DNA of 64,000 nucleotides from Rubripirellula sp. GTDB taxonomy: Bacteria > Planctomycetota > Planctomycetia > Pirellulales > Pirellulaceae. The notes under the pieces were generated by a model that worked only from the letters and a program-made list of their open reading frames with translations, was not told the DNA's origin and did not search any database. The stretch lies in assembly GCA_965216875.1 (NCBI GenBank), contig OZ244207.1:2720001-2784000 (forward strand). Direction: 5' to 3'. A program made the translations under genes and the position numbers. Positions 10,341 to 19,754 of the stretch are shown piece by piece (position 1 is the first letter of the stretch; every line of letters begins with the position of its first letter).

Positions 10341-10350
10341 TCAGGGAAGT
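10341..10350 (+). promoter_or_regulatory. Candidate CsrA-binding site over the RBS of csrA paralog 1
   Basis: UCAGGGAAGU matches the CsrA/RsmE consensus (A/U)CANGGANG(U/A); 5 nt before the ATG. Confidence 0.55.
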
Positions 10351-10355
10351 CAAAA

Positions 10356-10580
10356 ATGTTGGTACTAAGTCGCAAAGAGGGTGAGCAACTGTTGATCGGC
10401 GATAACATCGTGTTGACGATCAATCGCATTTCAGGAAATCGAGTTGCTATCGGAATCGACGCCCCTCGCGATGTTCGGATTGTGCGAGGCGAACTACAGC
10501 GTCACGAAACGGTTGCCGGAGGATCGGCTCCGATGGCGCTCGAAGAAACCAACGTCGCGGTTGCCAGCAAACCTCACTAG
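10356..10580 (+). CDS. csrA: Carbon storage regulator CsrA family protein, paralog 1
   Basis: MLVLSRKEGEQLLIGDNI...IGIDAPRDVRIVRGEL. Confidence 0.92.
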   Translation: MLVLSRKEGEQLLIGDNIVLTINRISGNRVAIGIDAPRDVRIVRGELQRHETVAGGSAPMALEETNVAVASKPH

Positions 10581-10655
10581 TTTCGAAGACATTCCACCAA
10601 GTGGCGATTCGTGTTTTGGCGTGCCAACCAAAATCGATCGCCGCGAGAAGTGGCC

Positions 10656-11732
10656 TCACTTTCGGAAGCGATTGATGTCTGCAATCGTGTCGTCCCAATT
10701 CCCTTTGAACGGGATCGCGCGATCGTCGACGTAAACGATCGCCGGAGGTTTGGTTTGGCAAACGTCGTCGACCACGATGTCATGTTTCGCCAACCAATCA
10801 CGCACTGCTTGGCAACCCAAATCGGTTGCGGTCCGAGCCGAATGAATCACGACTCGGTAGTTCTTTCGTAGATGCTTGATCGCCTCGCGTACACCATGAA
10901 TGGGCGGATCAGCAATCACCGCTTCTCCCTGCCAGCCCGAACGGTAGGAATGGATCACGCCATCAAAATCGAGACAAATGGTTTTGACCGAGCGTTCAAT
11001 CCCAAGACCAACAAGCGTCTCTTCGCTCGCAGGTCGTGTCGCTAGGATCCTGTCGATCGCATCATGCCCTTCGAGCCAGGGTTGATCGTCCCACGTTCGG
11101 TCGTTGTAGACACGACTGTAGTGTTCGAGCGTATGGTGTCGGCCAGGCAATCGCAGCCAACTGCCCAAATGATTCGAACCAAGTGTCCCCGGAAAAAGAT
11201 CAGGAATGGCATCGAGGCCACGCTGCGAAAAGTCTTTGACGATGTTTTCGGCAAAAGCGCGAACACTTGACGTTCGCATCGGACGCTCGAAGACCACCCA
11301 GAGATGGAAACCACCGCGGCCGTTGGAATCGATAAGCAGTGGGTCGAGCCCCATTGTTTGCAGCTGGTGATACCATTCCCGCGCGGCAACAAAATTCCCC
11401 TCCGGCGTGATCGACAAATCATCTTCGTCGTGACGATCGATGTCGATCGCAAACCATCGCGACGAACCATCCGAAGAACTGCTGTGGATTCCAAGCACAC
11501 CGCCGTCGGTCGCCTTGAAATGCTTTTCCAGCGAGCTGACACCGAGGAAGACTTTGCCACGTTCATCGCGAAAGGGAGCAGTGATTGCGTTCCCTTTGAA
11601 ACCCTTTGCATCGGAATCATGTTTCCGATTTCGTTTTGGAAGGTAGCGTCCCCAAACGTCCTTTCGATTGATCAAGTGAGATTCAATCCATCGCGCGAGC
11701 TCCGGGCCGCGTTCGCGCCATTCGTCAAACAT
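10656..11732 (-). CDS. AEP (archaeo-eukaryotic primase-polymerase)-like domain fused to a C-terminal HAD phosphatase
   Basis: AEP motifs FAIDID, SNGRGGFHLW, LRLPG; HAD motifs CLDFDGVI, HSAR, KPP, YVDDR; start placed at MFDEW (uncertain). Confidence 0.7.
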   Translation of the reverse strand: MFDEWRERGPELARWIESHLINRKDVWGRYLPKRNRKHDSDAKGFKGNAITAPFRDERGKVFLGVSSLEKHFKATDGGVLGIHSSSSDGSSRWFAIDIDRHDEDDLSITPEGNFVAAREWYHQLQTMGLDPLLIDSNGRGGFHLWVVFERPMRTSSVRAFAENIVKDFSQRGLDAIPDLFPGTLGSNHLGSWLRLPGRHHTLEHYSRVYNDRTWDDQPWLEGHDAIDRILATRPASEETLVGLGIERSVKTICLDFDGVIHSYRSGWQGEAVIADPPIHGVREAIKHLRKNYRVVIHSARTATDLGCQAVRDWLAKHDIVVDDVCQTKPPAIVYVDDRAIPFKGNWDDTIADINRFRK

Positions 11733-11909
11733 CCGTTCGATGTAGGGAGAATCAGGCAATGTATCGTTGCAACGTATCGGGAAGCTGGCGTTGGGCCATC
11801 CTAAGCCGACCGCGCAAGCGTTGGGCATTACACTCCATTCAACCGCGCCGCACCTGCGTCGCCATCGCTCTTTGACTCAGCGTACGGTTGGTGTCATGCA
11901 CAGCATGAC

Positions 11910-12611
11910 CTACCGTTTTACCAGTTTCCACAATCGCTCGTCCAAGAGCGAATCGGCGATTAGCTTTGCGCCGGAAAAATCTTGATCTCGCGTGTGTTCA
12001 CTTGGGATCGCGATGGTGTAGGCTCCCGCAGCGACAGCCGACGCGCAACCGTTGCCGGAATCCTCGAGCACCAACATGGTTGCCGGTTCGACACCCAGGC
12101 GTTCTGCAGCCTTGAGGTACATCTCCGGATTGGGTTTTCCCTGGGTGACATCGTCGCCGGTCAATTGAAACGCAAGGGAATCGCCCCAGTCGACCGATTC
12201 GAAAATGATCTCGACAAACTTCCGCCGGCTGCTCGTTGCCAATCCGAAGGGTATTTTCAACGACTGCAGCAGCCCGATCCACTCGGCCAGTCCAGGCATT
12301 GGCTGCAGACCATCGCGCAGCAAGTTCCCGTAGATCTCATCCGACTCATCCAGTAGTTGCTGAGGCTCATCGTCGAGGCGATGAAATTCGATCATTTGGC
12401 CCACAGCATCGAGACCAATGCGCCCCATCATTCGCTGCTGAAGCTCGGCGCTGTAGCGGTACCCACGGCGCTGCAATACCGCGTCGCCGACTTGCCAGTA
12501 CAATTTCTCGGTATCAAACAACAAACCATCCATATCCAATGCCACGCCAACAAGGGTGGGTCGAGTTGGCGCAGAGGATGGCTCGGAGCTATTTGTGGCA
12601 GATTCACTCAT
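11910..12611 (-). CDS. HAD-superfamily phosphatase (beta-PGM/CbbY-like)
   Basis: DMDGLLFDTE, LATSS, GKPNPEMY, VLEDSGNG. Confidence 0.93.
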   Translation of the reverse strand: MSESATNSSEPSSAPTRPTLVGVALDMDGLLFDTEKLYWQVGDAVLQRRGYRYSAELQQRMMGRIGLDAVGQMIEFHRLDDEPQQLLDESDEIYGNLLRDGLQPMPGLAEWIGLLQSLKIPFGLATSSRRKFVEIIFESVDWGDSLAFQLTGDDVTQGKPNPEMYLKAAERLGVEPATMLVLEDSGNGCASAVAAGAYTIAIPSEHTRDQDFSGAKLIADSLLDERLWKLVKR

Positions 12612-14025
12612 CGATCGATACGTCACCAGTTGGTCATTGGATGGTCGCGGCGCGATCACCAGATCGATTGGTGATGCCGCGACGTCGGGCTTTATCCGCG
12701 ACGGGGCAGCTCATTGGTCGATCGAATCGTACATTCCGATCCATACGCACCCATTGATCGATCACCTTCTCGAAAGGGAGGAAACGACCGACGAGATCGC
12801 CGCCGCACTGAAGCTGGCTGCTCCGCAGATCGAATCCATTGTGCGCGAGCAGACTGGTTTCTTCCATGGCAGGTTCAGCGAGCATTACCATCGCGTCGAC
12901 CCTGACAACGACAGCTACGACCCAAACGAGGATGAAGCCAACGAAAACGATACCGCGACCAGCGGATCAAGCAACGGCGAATCAAGTGACGGCGGGTCCG
13001 AAGCGGCGACGCTTCAATCGGCGGCCAAGTCGACTGGCGATGCGTCAAAGAGCGGCCCCAACCAGAACGGTCCGAGTCCCTGCCCTTCCGAGCACGAGGA
13101 CGTCGGTGACATCGACGATGCGGGACCACGAGCCGATGCATCGGGCGCCGCATCCGAGAAACTCCTCGAGGTCTGCAAAGAGGCACTCGAACTGGCTGGG
13201 TACCGCCAACTGAGCCGCGAGGATGTTGAAAAGTGCGTCGGTGTCGCCAGCGGCTGGGGCGTGCCGCTGCACGTTGATTTTGATCTATTCGACCAACTCT
13301 TGATCTACGCGCGTGGTGATATCGTTGGCACTCGATTGCGTCGCCGTCTTCGACGACTCTACCGCGCCGAAACCGTCAATGTCCCGATCTACCAGAGAAT
13401 GTTCATTCTCTTCCGCCTCAAGAATGATGTGCTTTCGCAAGAAGAGCTCAATGCGTCGAAGCTCCATCTTCGAATGTTCAAGAACATCCCCAAGCAGGAT
13501 GTCGACATGTTGCTTCCGGGCACAACGGTCAAGATCACGAAGATCGATCGTGTGAAGATCATTGTGCCAAGTTTGGGCGGCATGCTCATGACGATTCGGA
13601 AAATTGCTCAGTTCATGCTGATCTTTGCCGCGTTGACGCTCTATTCCACCGCGATCCTGGCCGGCTTGATCATTGCCACGATCGGTTACATCGTGAAGAG
13701 CGTGCTGAGCTATTTTCAAACCAAGAACCGCTACCTGCTGAATCTGACACGCAATCTCTATTTCCAGAAGCTCGACACCAACGCAGGTGCCGCTTACCGA
13801 TTGTTCCAACAAACGCATCGACAGCGAGTGAACGAACACATCCTTGCTTATTATGCGTTGATCACAAGCGAGCAACCCGCAAGTGCGCGCCGCCTGCGGC
13901 GAAAGTGCGAACGCATTGTCCGCGAAGCGATCGGCGTTGAGATCGATTTCCAAATGGACCGCGCCATCGAGAATCTGCAGACAGTAGGCCTGGTGACTCA
14001 GTCGGAAGACCGCTGGACAACGTAA
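12556..14025 (+). CDS. DUF3754/TMEM143-like membrane protein; true start probably downstream of 12611
   Basis: MFKNIPKQDVDMLLPG followed by two TM helices and LYFQKLDTNAG; acidic low-complexity insert. Confidence 0.7.
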   Translation: MGRVGAEDGSELFVADSLIDRYVTSWSLDGRGAITRSIGDAATSGFIRDGAAHWSIESYIPIHTHPLIDHLLEREETTDEIAAALKLAAPQIESIVREQTGFFHGRFSEHYHRVDPDNDSYDPNEDEANENDTATSGSSNGESSDGGSEAATLQSAAKSTGDASKSGPNQNGPSPCPSEHEDVGDIDDAGPRADASGAASEKLLEVCKEALELAGYRQLSREDVEKCVGVASGWGVPLHVDFDLFDQLLIYARGDIVGTRLRRRLRRLYRAETVNVPIYQRMFILFRLKNDVLSQEELNASKLHLRMFKNIPKQDVDMLLPGTTVKITKIDRVKIIVPSLGGMLMTIRKIAQFMLIFAALTLYSTAILAGLIIATIGYIVKSVLSYFQTKNRYLLNLTRNLYFQKLDTNAGAAYRLFQQTHRQRVNEHILAYYALITSEQPASARRLRRKCERIVREAIGVEIDFQMDRAIENLQTVGLVTQSEDRWTT

Positions 14026-14099
14026 GCGGTGCGAAGCGGCAACGGCTGGCGTTCGTCGTACCGATCTTTAGTCGGGACTACCAACGACAGCGCTAAACA

Positions 14100-14204
14100 C
14101 CCTCCCGCCTGTGGGAGGGTCGGACGCAAAGTCCGGGGAGGGCATGGTTCCTCAAAAACAAACCCTCTCCGGGCCTTAGAGCCCGACTCTGCAAACGGAG
14201 AGTG
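14100..14204. repeat. Family A intergenic element, copy 2
   Basis: Aligns with 9857-9960; lies between convergent genes. Confidence 0.92.
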
Positions 14205-14253
14205 TCTATGAAAGGCGCTATTTAGAAGCCTGGTGAAAGCGCGACTGCAATCT

Positions 14254-14646
14254 CTATCGCGTTGCAGCGATTGCCATCGCGGCTTCCATCGCCTGGACCA
14301 ACTTGGTTGGACTGAATGGCTTTACAAAGACGCCCGTCAATCGCAGGCTGTTGGTCAACTGCGAGAAATCCATCTCGTACGCTTTTGCGGTGACCATGAT
14401 GATCGGTATTTCAGCGTGGCATGGTTGGCCGCGCATCAACTCGCACAGTTCCGATCCCTGCATGCCGGGCATCTGTTGATCGGTGATGACAGCGTCAAAC
14501 TCAAAGTTCTGGGCTGCCTGCCATGCTTCGGCTCCGTTTTTTGCAACGGTCACCTTATATCCGGCGGCCTGGAAGGCTCGTCGAATGATGAGCGCAAGGA
14601 CAGCGGTGTCCTCGGCGACCAAAAGATGACGTTGGGGCTGGTTCAT
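14254..14646 (-). CDS. Stand-alone response regulator receiver (CheY-like)
   Basis: LVAEDT, ITDQQMPG (phospho-Asp), VTA, VKPF. Confidence 0.92.
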   Translation of the reverse strand: MNQPQRHLLVAEDTAVLALIIRRAFQAAGYKVTVAKNGAEAWQAAQNFEFDAVITDQQMPGMQGSELCELMRGQPCHAEIPIIMVTAKAYEMDFSQLTNSLRLTGVFVKPFSPTKLVQAMEAAMAIAATR

Positions 14647-14889
14647 GGCGAAAGTTCTCCGCCAAAACTCTAGCTCAAGATTCGTGCAAGGCTTCAAAAG
14701 TCGAGAATTCGCACGCGGGTGTTGCGGTAACGTTCAGGTTGTGACGGCTGTCCATCTTGTATCGACGCACCGACCAACCACCTTCGCCATGCCCCGAATT
14801 TTCCCAGCGAAGTCATTTTGATCGGCCCTAGGTTTCTATGAGTCCCTCACGCACGAACGCACTCCCTATACCCTCAACAAACGCCAGCA

Positions 14890-16734
14890 ATGAATCAACG
14901 CACTGCCAAGACCGCTCTGACGCGATGGTTCTGCTGCGGTGTACTGCTTGGTCTGGCATCATCGGTGCAATCGGCCCATGCGGTCGAATCGGAAATGGCG
15001 CTCAACCGCGACGCTCATCGCGTGCTTGAGAGCTTCTGCTATCGATGCCATGGCGTCACCCAAAAGGTTCCCGACTTTGACGTCCTCGATCGCGAGAGCC
15101 TGACCAAGGGCCGTGGATCGGACGGCGGATCACCCTTTGTCGTTCCTGGGGACGCCGATTCGTCAGAGATGTGGCATTTCATGGAAGGCGACGATGCCTA
15201 CATGCCGCTCACGGGATCTCCCGAGGCAGACAAAATGACGGCGGCCGATCGCGAGACGCTGCGAAGATGGATTGATGCCGGCGCGCACTTTCCGGAACGA
15301 GTCCAGCGGCCACTGCGAAAGCCCGCGGATGATCTCGAAGCAATCCGCGACTACCTGCTCGACCTCGATCCCGACGCTCGGCGGAACACCCGTTTCTTTA
15401 CGCTTAGCCATCTGTCGAATCACAACGCACGCTACAGCGAGCAGGACCTGCGGTTGGTGAGAGCCGCCGTCGCGAAGCTGATCAACAGCCTTTCCTGGCA
15501 AGACGCAATCGTTGTGCCTGAAATTGTGCCCAATAGCCAAGACACCGTATTGGCAATCGATCTTCGCGACCTGAAATGGACTGGCGGCAACCACTGGCTC
15601 CAAATCATCAACCACTATCCCTACGGACTCAAATTCAACTACGTCCCGGATCAGCGTTTGAAACAAGTTGCCGACGATGTCCAGCAACTCTCCGGTGCCG
15701 AGATGGCGGTGATACGCGCCGACTGGTTTGTCTTCAATGCCGCACAAGGCACGCTCTACCACGACCTGCTCGGCCTTCCCAATCATGTTGACGAGCTCGA
15801 ACGGATGGTTGGCGTCGATGTCAAGGAGAACATCCTGTCAGGAAACGCAGCACGTTCCGCATTCGGACGCAGCGGCGTTTCAAGACAAAACCGAATGGTC
15901 GAGCGACACGATTCAAAATATGGCGCCTATTGGATCAGTTACGATTTCCTTCCCAGACGCGGTCGTGGTGACTTGATTCGATTTCCACTGGGCCCGAGGT
16001 TCGATGGCAACCGGTTTAATCGGCTCGCCTTTTCCCATGATGGCGGGGAGGCGATTTTTCATTTGCCCAATGGGCTCCAAGGCTACTTTTTAGTCACCGC
16101 CGAAGGCGATCGACTTGATGGCCCCGCCCCGGCGGATGTGGTGTTCGACTCAGCCGCAATCGCGGGTACGCCCGCGATCGTGAACGGCATCTCGTGCATG
16201 AACTGTCATCGCGAGGGGATGATCACCGGGTTTCGCGATGAGATTCGCGACTCCGATGCGTTAGCGGGCGCTCCGCTGGAAAAGGTACGCCAGCTCTACG
16301 TACCCGCCGAACAAATGGAGCGGTTGGTTGAGCGCGACCGGACACAGTTTCTTACCGCACTCCGCGCCACGATCGGTCCCTTCCTACTCGTCGCTGAAGA
16401 CGCCCATAAGTCAGTCACTGACTTCCCAGAGCCGATTGGAAGGGTCGCACAAAACTATCTCGCCGACCTTGGGCCGAGCGATGTCGCTTTTGAGCTGGGC
16501 TTGGCCTCCCTCGACGAAATCGAAAGCCAGATCAAACACGACCGCGACCTCCGCAAACTGGGACTCGGAACGCTCATCCAGGAAAAACCCGGCACGATCA
16601 AGCGCGTTCGCTGGGAAGCCATCGACGGAACCTCCTTCTTTCAGGATGTCGCGGTCGAACTTTCGTTAGGCACACCGATCCTGCCCGGAACACAACACAA
16701 CTTTCAACGATTGATCAACGCCCCAGGCAACTAG
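14890..16734 (+). CDS. Exported diheme c-type cytochrome (planctomycete cytochrome c domain plus a large uncharacterised domain)
   Basis: Signal peptide ending AHA; CYRCH with VVPG...MP...WIDAGA; second heme motif CMNCH. Confidence 0.82.
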   Translation: MNQRTAKTALTRWFCCGVLLGLASSVQSAHAVESEMALNRDAHRVLESFCYRCHGVTQKVPDFDVLDRESLTKGRGSDGGSPFVVPGDADSSEMWHFMEGDDAYMPLTGSPEADKMTAADRETLRRWIDAGAHFPERVQRPLRKPADDLEAIRDYLLDLDPDARRNTRFFTLSHLSNHNARYSEQDLRLVRAAVAKLINSLSWQDAIVVPEIVPNSQDTVLAIDLRDLKWTGGNHWLQIINHYPYGLKFNYVPDQRLKQVADDVQQLSGAEMAVIRADWFVFNAAQGTLYHDLLGLPNHVDELERMVGVDVKENILSGNAARSAFGRSGVSRQNRMVERHDSKYGAYWISYDFLPRRGRGDLIRFPLGPRFDGNRFNRLAFSHDGGEAIFHLPNGLQGYFLVTAEGDRLDGPAPADVVFDSAAIAGTPAIVNGISCMNCHREGMITGFRDEIRDSDALAGAPLEKVRQLYVPAEQMERLVERDRTQFLTALRATIGPFLLVAEDAHKSVTDFPEPIGRVAQNYLADLGPSDVAFELGLASLDEIESQIKHDRDLRKLGLGTLIQEKPGTIKRVRWEAIDGTSFFQDVAVELSLGTPILPGTQHNFQRLINAPGN

Positions 16735-16762
16735 CCGATCGCAACCAAGTGAACTCATCATC

Positions 16763-17893
16763 ATGCTTCAACACACTCTGACTCGACCGCTCGTTTGCGT
16801 ATTCGCGTTCGCCTTTTGCCTGTCAAATGCAACCGCCGAAGACGCGCTCGTGCAAGAACTACGAGCGATGGCCTCGAGCCATATCATGCCTTTGCTCGAA
16901 AAACGCGGCGGCGGTTCGGTTGCAGTCGGCGGCTTCACAGCAGCGGCGAGCGTCAAAGGGGGCGCAGGCCCTGAGATTCAAATGAAGCTCTCCAAGATCC
17001 TGCAGGAGATGGGGGCCAACGTCGACGCGGATGACTATCGCTATGAGATCACAGGCAATTACTTGCCCTACAACGATCGCGAGTCTGATCTGCAAGGCGT
17101 CAAACTGGTTGGTCGACTCGTCGATGCCGAAGATGGCACAACGCTCGGCGAATTCCCTCGGTTTGTTTTCGGCCCCGAAGCCGTTCCTCGAATGCTAGGG
17201 CTGAGCGTCGCGAGCAAAGGCAGTCTCGATCCGCAGGTCCAATCGGTTGCCTTTCGCAAGGCCATCAAAAAGCCGAAGACGTTCTTGCAGGGACCTCAGG
17301 TCTTGGCTTCGCCCGTGTCTCAGTATTCAGTCGAAATTCTCGTGCGCCGCGGGAATCGGTATGTTCCGCAAACCGCGCGCATCGACGGAAAATCACGTCC
17401 GTTTGTCGACCTTGCGCGCAACGACGTCTACGCCGTTCGTTTGGTCAATCACTCCGACCACGAAGCGGCCGTCAAGCTAACCATCGATGGCGTCAATGTC
17501 TTCGCCTTTAGCCAACAATCGCCACAACCAAAGTATTGGGTCGTTCCGCCCAAACGTAACGGGCAACCTGGCACGACGATTGTCCGCGGCTGGGACAAGA
17601 ACGACGGTGTTTCACTTGAATTCAAAATCGTCGACTTTCCCGACAGTGCCGCTGCTCGAGTCAACCTGCGACCGTCCCAATCGATCGGAATGCTCACCGC
17701 GACGTTCGCAGCTTGTTGGAGTGACGATAAAGACCGGCCGCGTAGTGAAGGCCGAACCCGCGCGACCGGTTTCGGCAAAGAAATCGTCGACAAGAAAACG
17801 AGAGTCAAACGCAACATCGGAGCGGTTCGCGATGTCGTTTCGATTCGTTACGAACGACCACAAACCAGCGGCGATCCGCTTGCATTGAAATAG
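16763..17893 (+). CDS. Exported hypothetical protein
   Basis: Signal peptide ending ATA-E; beta-rich C-terminal region (YAVRLVN...LTIDGVNV...VRGW); tightly packed between neighbours. Confidence 0.75.
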   Translation: MLQHTLTRPLVCVFAFAFCLSNATAEDALVQELRAMASSHIMPLLEKRGGGSVAVGGFTAAASVKGGAGPEIQMKLSKILQEMGANVDADDYRYEITGNYLPYNDRESDLQGVKLVGRLVDAEDGTTLGEFPRFVFGPEAVPRMLGLSVASKGSLDPQVQSVAFRKAIKKPKTFLQGPQVLASPVSQYSVEILVRRGNRYVPQTARIDGKSRPFVDLARNDVYAVRLVNHSDHEAAVKLTIDGVNVFAFSQQSPQPKYWVVPPKRNGQPGTTIVRGWDKNDGVSLEFKIVDFPDSAAARVNLRPSQSIGMLTATFAACWSDDKDRPRSEGRTRATGFGKEIVDKKTRVKRNIGAVRDVVSIRYERPQTSGDPLALK

Positions 17894-17901
17894 GGCCGCA
17901 C

Positions 17902-19722
17902 ATGCGCATCATCATCGTCCTAACCGCAATGGCACTGCTCGTCGTTTGCAACGCTGCTGTCGACGCGGGCGACCGATGCGCGATCCTTGTCGGAGTCGGA
18001 AAATACCAAGAAGAGAGTTTTCCTGATCTTCCGGGCGCCGAACCGGACGTGAAAGGGCTCGCCGACGTGCTCATTCAAGGAGGCTTTCAAAAGGACGCCG
18101 TGACGGTGATGAGCGCAACCGAAGGTGCGGTCGATCCACGCAAACTGCCCACCGCTTCTCGCATTCGCAAGCAGTTGCGACGACTCGCCAAGATCGATGC
18201 TCCCGATAGCACGGTGGTGATCGCACTCGCTGGCCATGGCGTGCAACCGATTCACAACAACAGTCAAGACTACTTTTTTTGTCCGCTCGATGCAGAGCTT
18301 GGCAATGAACGCACACTGATTTCCGTCGACGAAATCTACTCGGCTCTGGACCAATGCCAAGCGGAATTCAAGTTGCTCTTGGTCGACGCCTGCCGCGAAG
18401 ACACGTCCCAATTGAATATTGGGAGATCTGCGTCCGGGGAATCTGGTGGGATCCAAAGCGTTACGCGGCGCACCTCATTTTCGAAGGTCGTCTTGCCAGA
18501 ACCACCCCGCAACACAGCGGCGTTCTTTAGCTGCTCGCCGGGCGAGTTAGCCTACGAACGACAGGGCACGCACAACAGTGGCGGAGTCTTCTTTCACGCC
18601 GTCATTCGTGGCATCGCTGGCGCGGCCGCTGACCAGGGCAATTCGGTGACGCTGCCCGGCCTTGAGCGATTCGTGAAGAAGGACGTCGAGGCCTATGTAC
18701 GCGGAACGTATTCGGCAGCTCAGCATCCTGTCATGCGTAACGCAACGAGCGGACTTCGACAGATCGTGCGAATCTGCCCAACTCGCAAGCACGTCCAACG
18801 CGCTCGGGATCTTTGGATTCGCGGCCACCGTGACGCCGCAAACGAGATCATCGATGACGTGCTCACCGAGGCCCCCGAGGACGCCATTGCACTTGCGGCG
18901 AAGGCCCGCATGATGCTGGAGCTCGCTGAGAATAGCGTCGACGAAAGCATTCGACACCAAGCCTGGGCCAACGCGAACGCTGCAACCTCCGCACAACCCG
19001 CCATCGCTGACGGACACGTCGCACAAGCCGACCTGCTTCGCTCGGATGGCAAAATGCAAGATGCGCTAGCAGCTTGTGATCGAGCCCTTCAATGTGATGC
19101 CAATTCGGTCGACGCTCTGGTCATGCGGGCAGCCGTCTATCAACAGCTTGATGATAAACGATTGATGCTCCGAGATATTGAGCGGGCGATTGAACTTGAC
19201 CCTGTCGATCCAATGGCTGTTTCGATCTACGCAGCCATCTTGTTTTACGTCGACCGAGCCGATCAAGGCTTCGAGATCCTCGATGAAGCAATCGGGCTCA
19301 TGCCAGACGTTCCCATGTTGCATTTCATGCGTGGTTATGGACTCGACAGTCAGGGCCGCTATGACAAAGCGATCCTTGCCTACACCGCCGCGATCCGGGT
19401 CGACCCAAATGATGCCGACCTTTTGTGTCGACGCGCCGTGAGCCTGGCCAATGCCGGTGACTTTCCCGGCGCCATCGACGACATCAACACTGCCAATCGC
19501 ATCAGTCCCAACAACCCGAACATCACGGGCGCCCATGTCGTCCTGTTGAACCACCAACAGAAATACCATCAAGCGATCAGCGTGCTTGACAAGGCTGTTG
19601 CACGCTTCCCTGACGAGCTTCAGTTCTATCAAGCACGCGCGGCGCTTTTAACACGCGTCGGCCGAAACGGTGATGCTGCGCGCGATCGCGAGACCATCAA
19701 CCGACTCAGTCAATCTCAATAG
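17902..19722 (+). CDS. Exported caspase-like (peptidase C14) protein with C-terminal TPRs; catalytic dyad intact
   Basis: Signal peptide; AILVGVGKY, AGHG (His), VDACR (Cys codon 18391-18393); multiple TPRs. Confidence 0.9.
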   Translation: MRIIIVLTAMALLVVCNAAVDAGDRCAILVGVGKYQEESFPDLPGAEPDVKGLADVLIQGGFQKDAVTVMSATEGAVDPRKLPTASRIRKQLRRLAKIDAPDSTVVIALAGHGVQPIHNNSQDYFFCPLDAELGNERTLISVDEIYSALDQCQAEFKLLLVDACREDTSQLNIGRSASGESGGIQSVTRRTSFSKVVLPEPPRNTAAFFSCSPGELAYERQGTHNSGGVFFHAVIRGIAGAAADQGNSVTLPGLERFVKKDVEAYVRGTYSAAQHPVMRNATSGLRQIVRICPTRKHVQRARDLWIRGHRDAANEIIDDVLTEAPEDAIALAAKARMMLELAENSVDESIRHQAWANANAATSAQPAIADGHVAQADLLRSDGKMQDALAACDRALQCDANSVDALVMRAAVYQQLDDKRLMLRDIERAIELDPVDPMAVSIYAAILFYVDRADQGFEILDEAIGLMPDVPMLHFMRGYGLDSQGRYDKAILAYTAAIRVDPNDADLLCRRAVSLANAGDFPGAIDDINTANRISPNNPNITGAHVVLLNHQQKYHQAISVLDKAVARFPDELQFYQARAALLTRVGRNGDAARDRETINRLSQSQ

Positions 19723-19754
19723 ATAAACCGAACCATTTCCCTGGGCACAACATC

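Noticed and set aside
10656..11732. Prophage or plasmid inferred from the primase-like gene
   Set aside because: No integrase, helicase, structural genes or att sites, and no obvious compositional shift by eye
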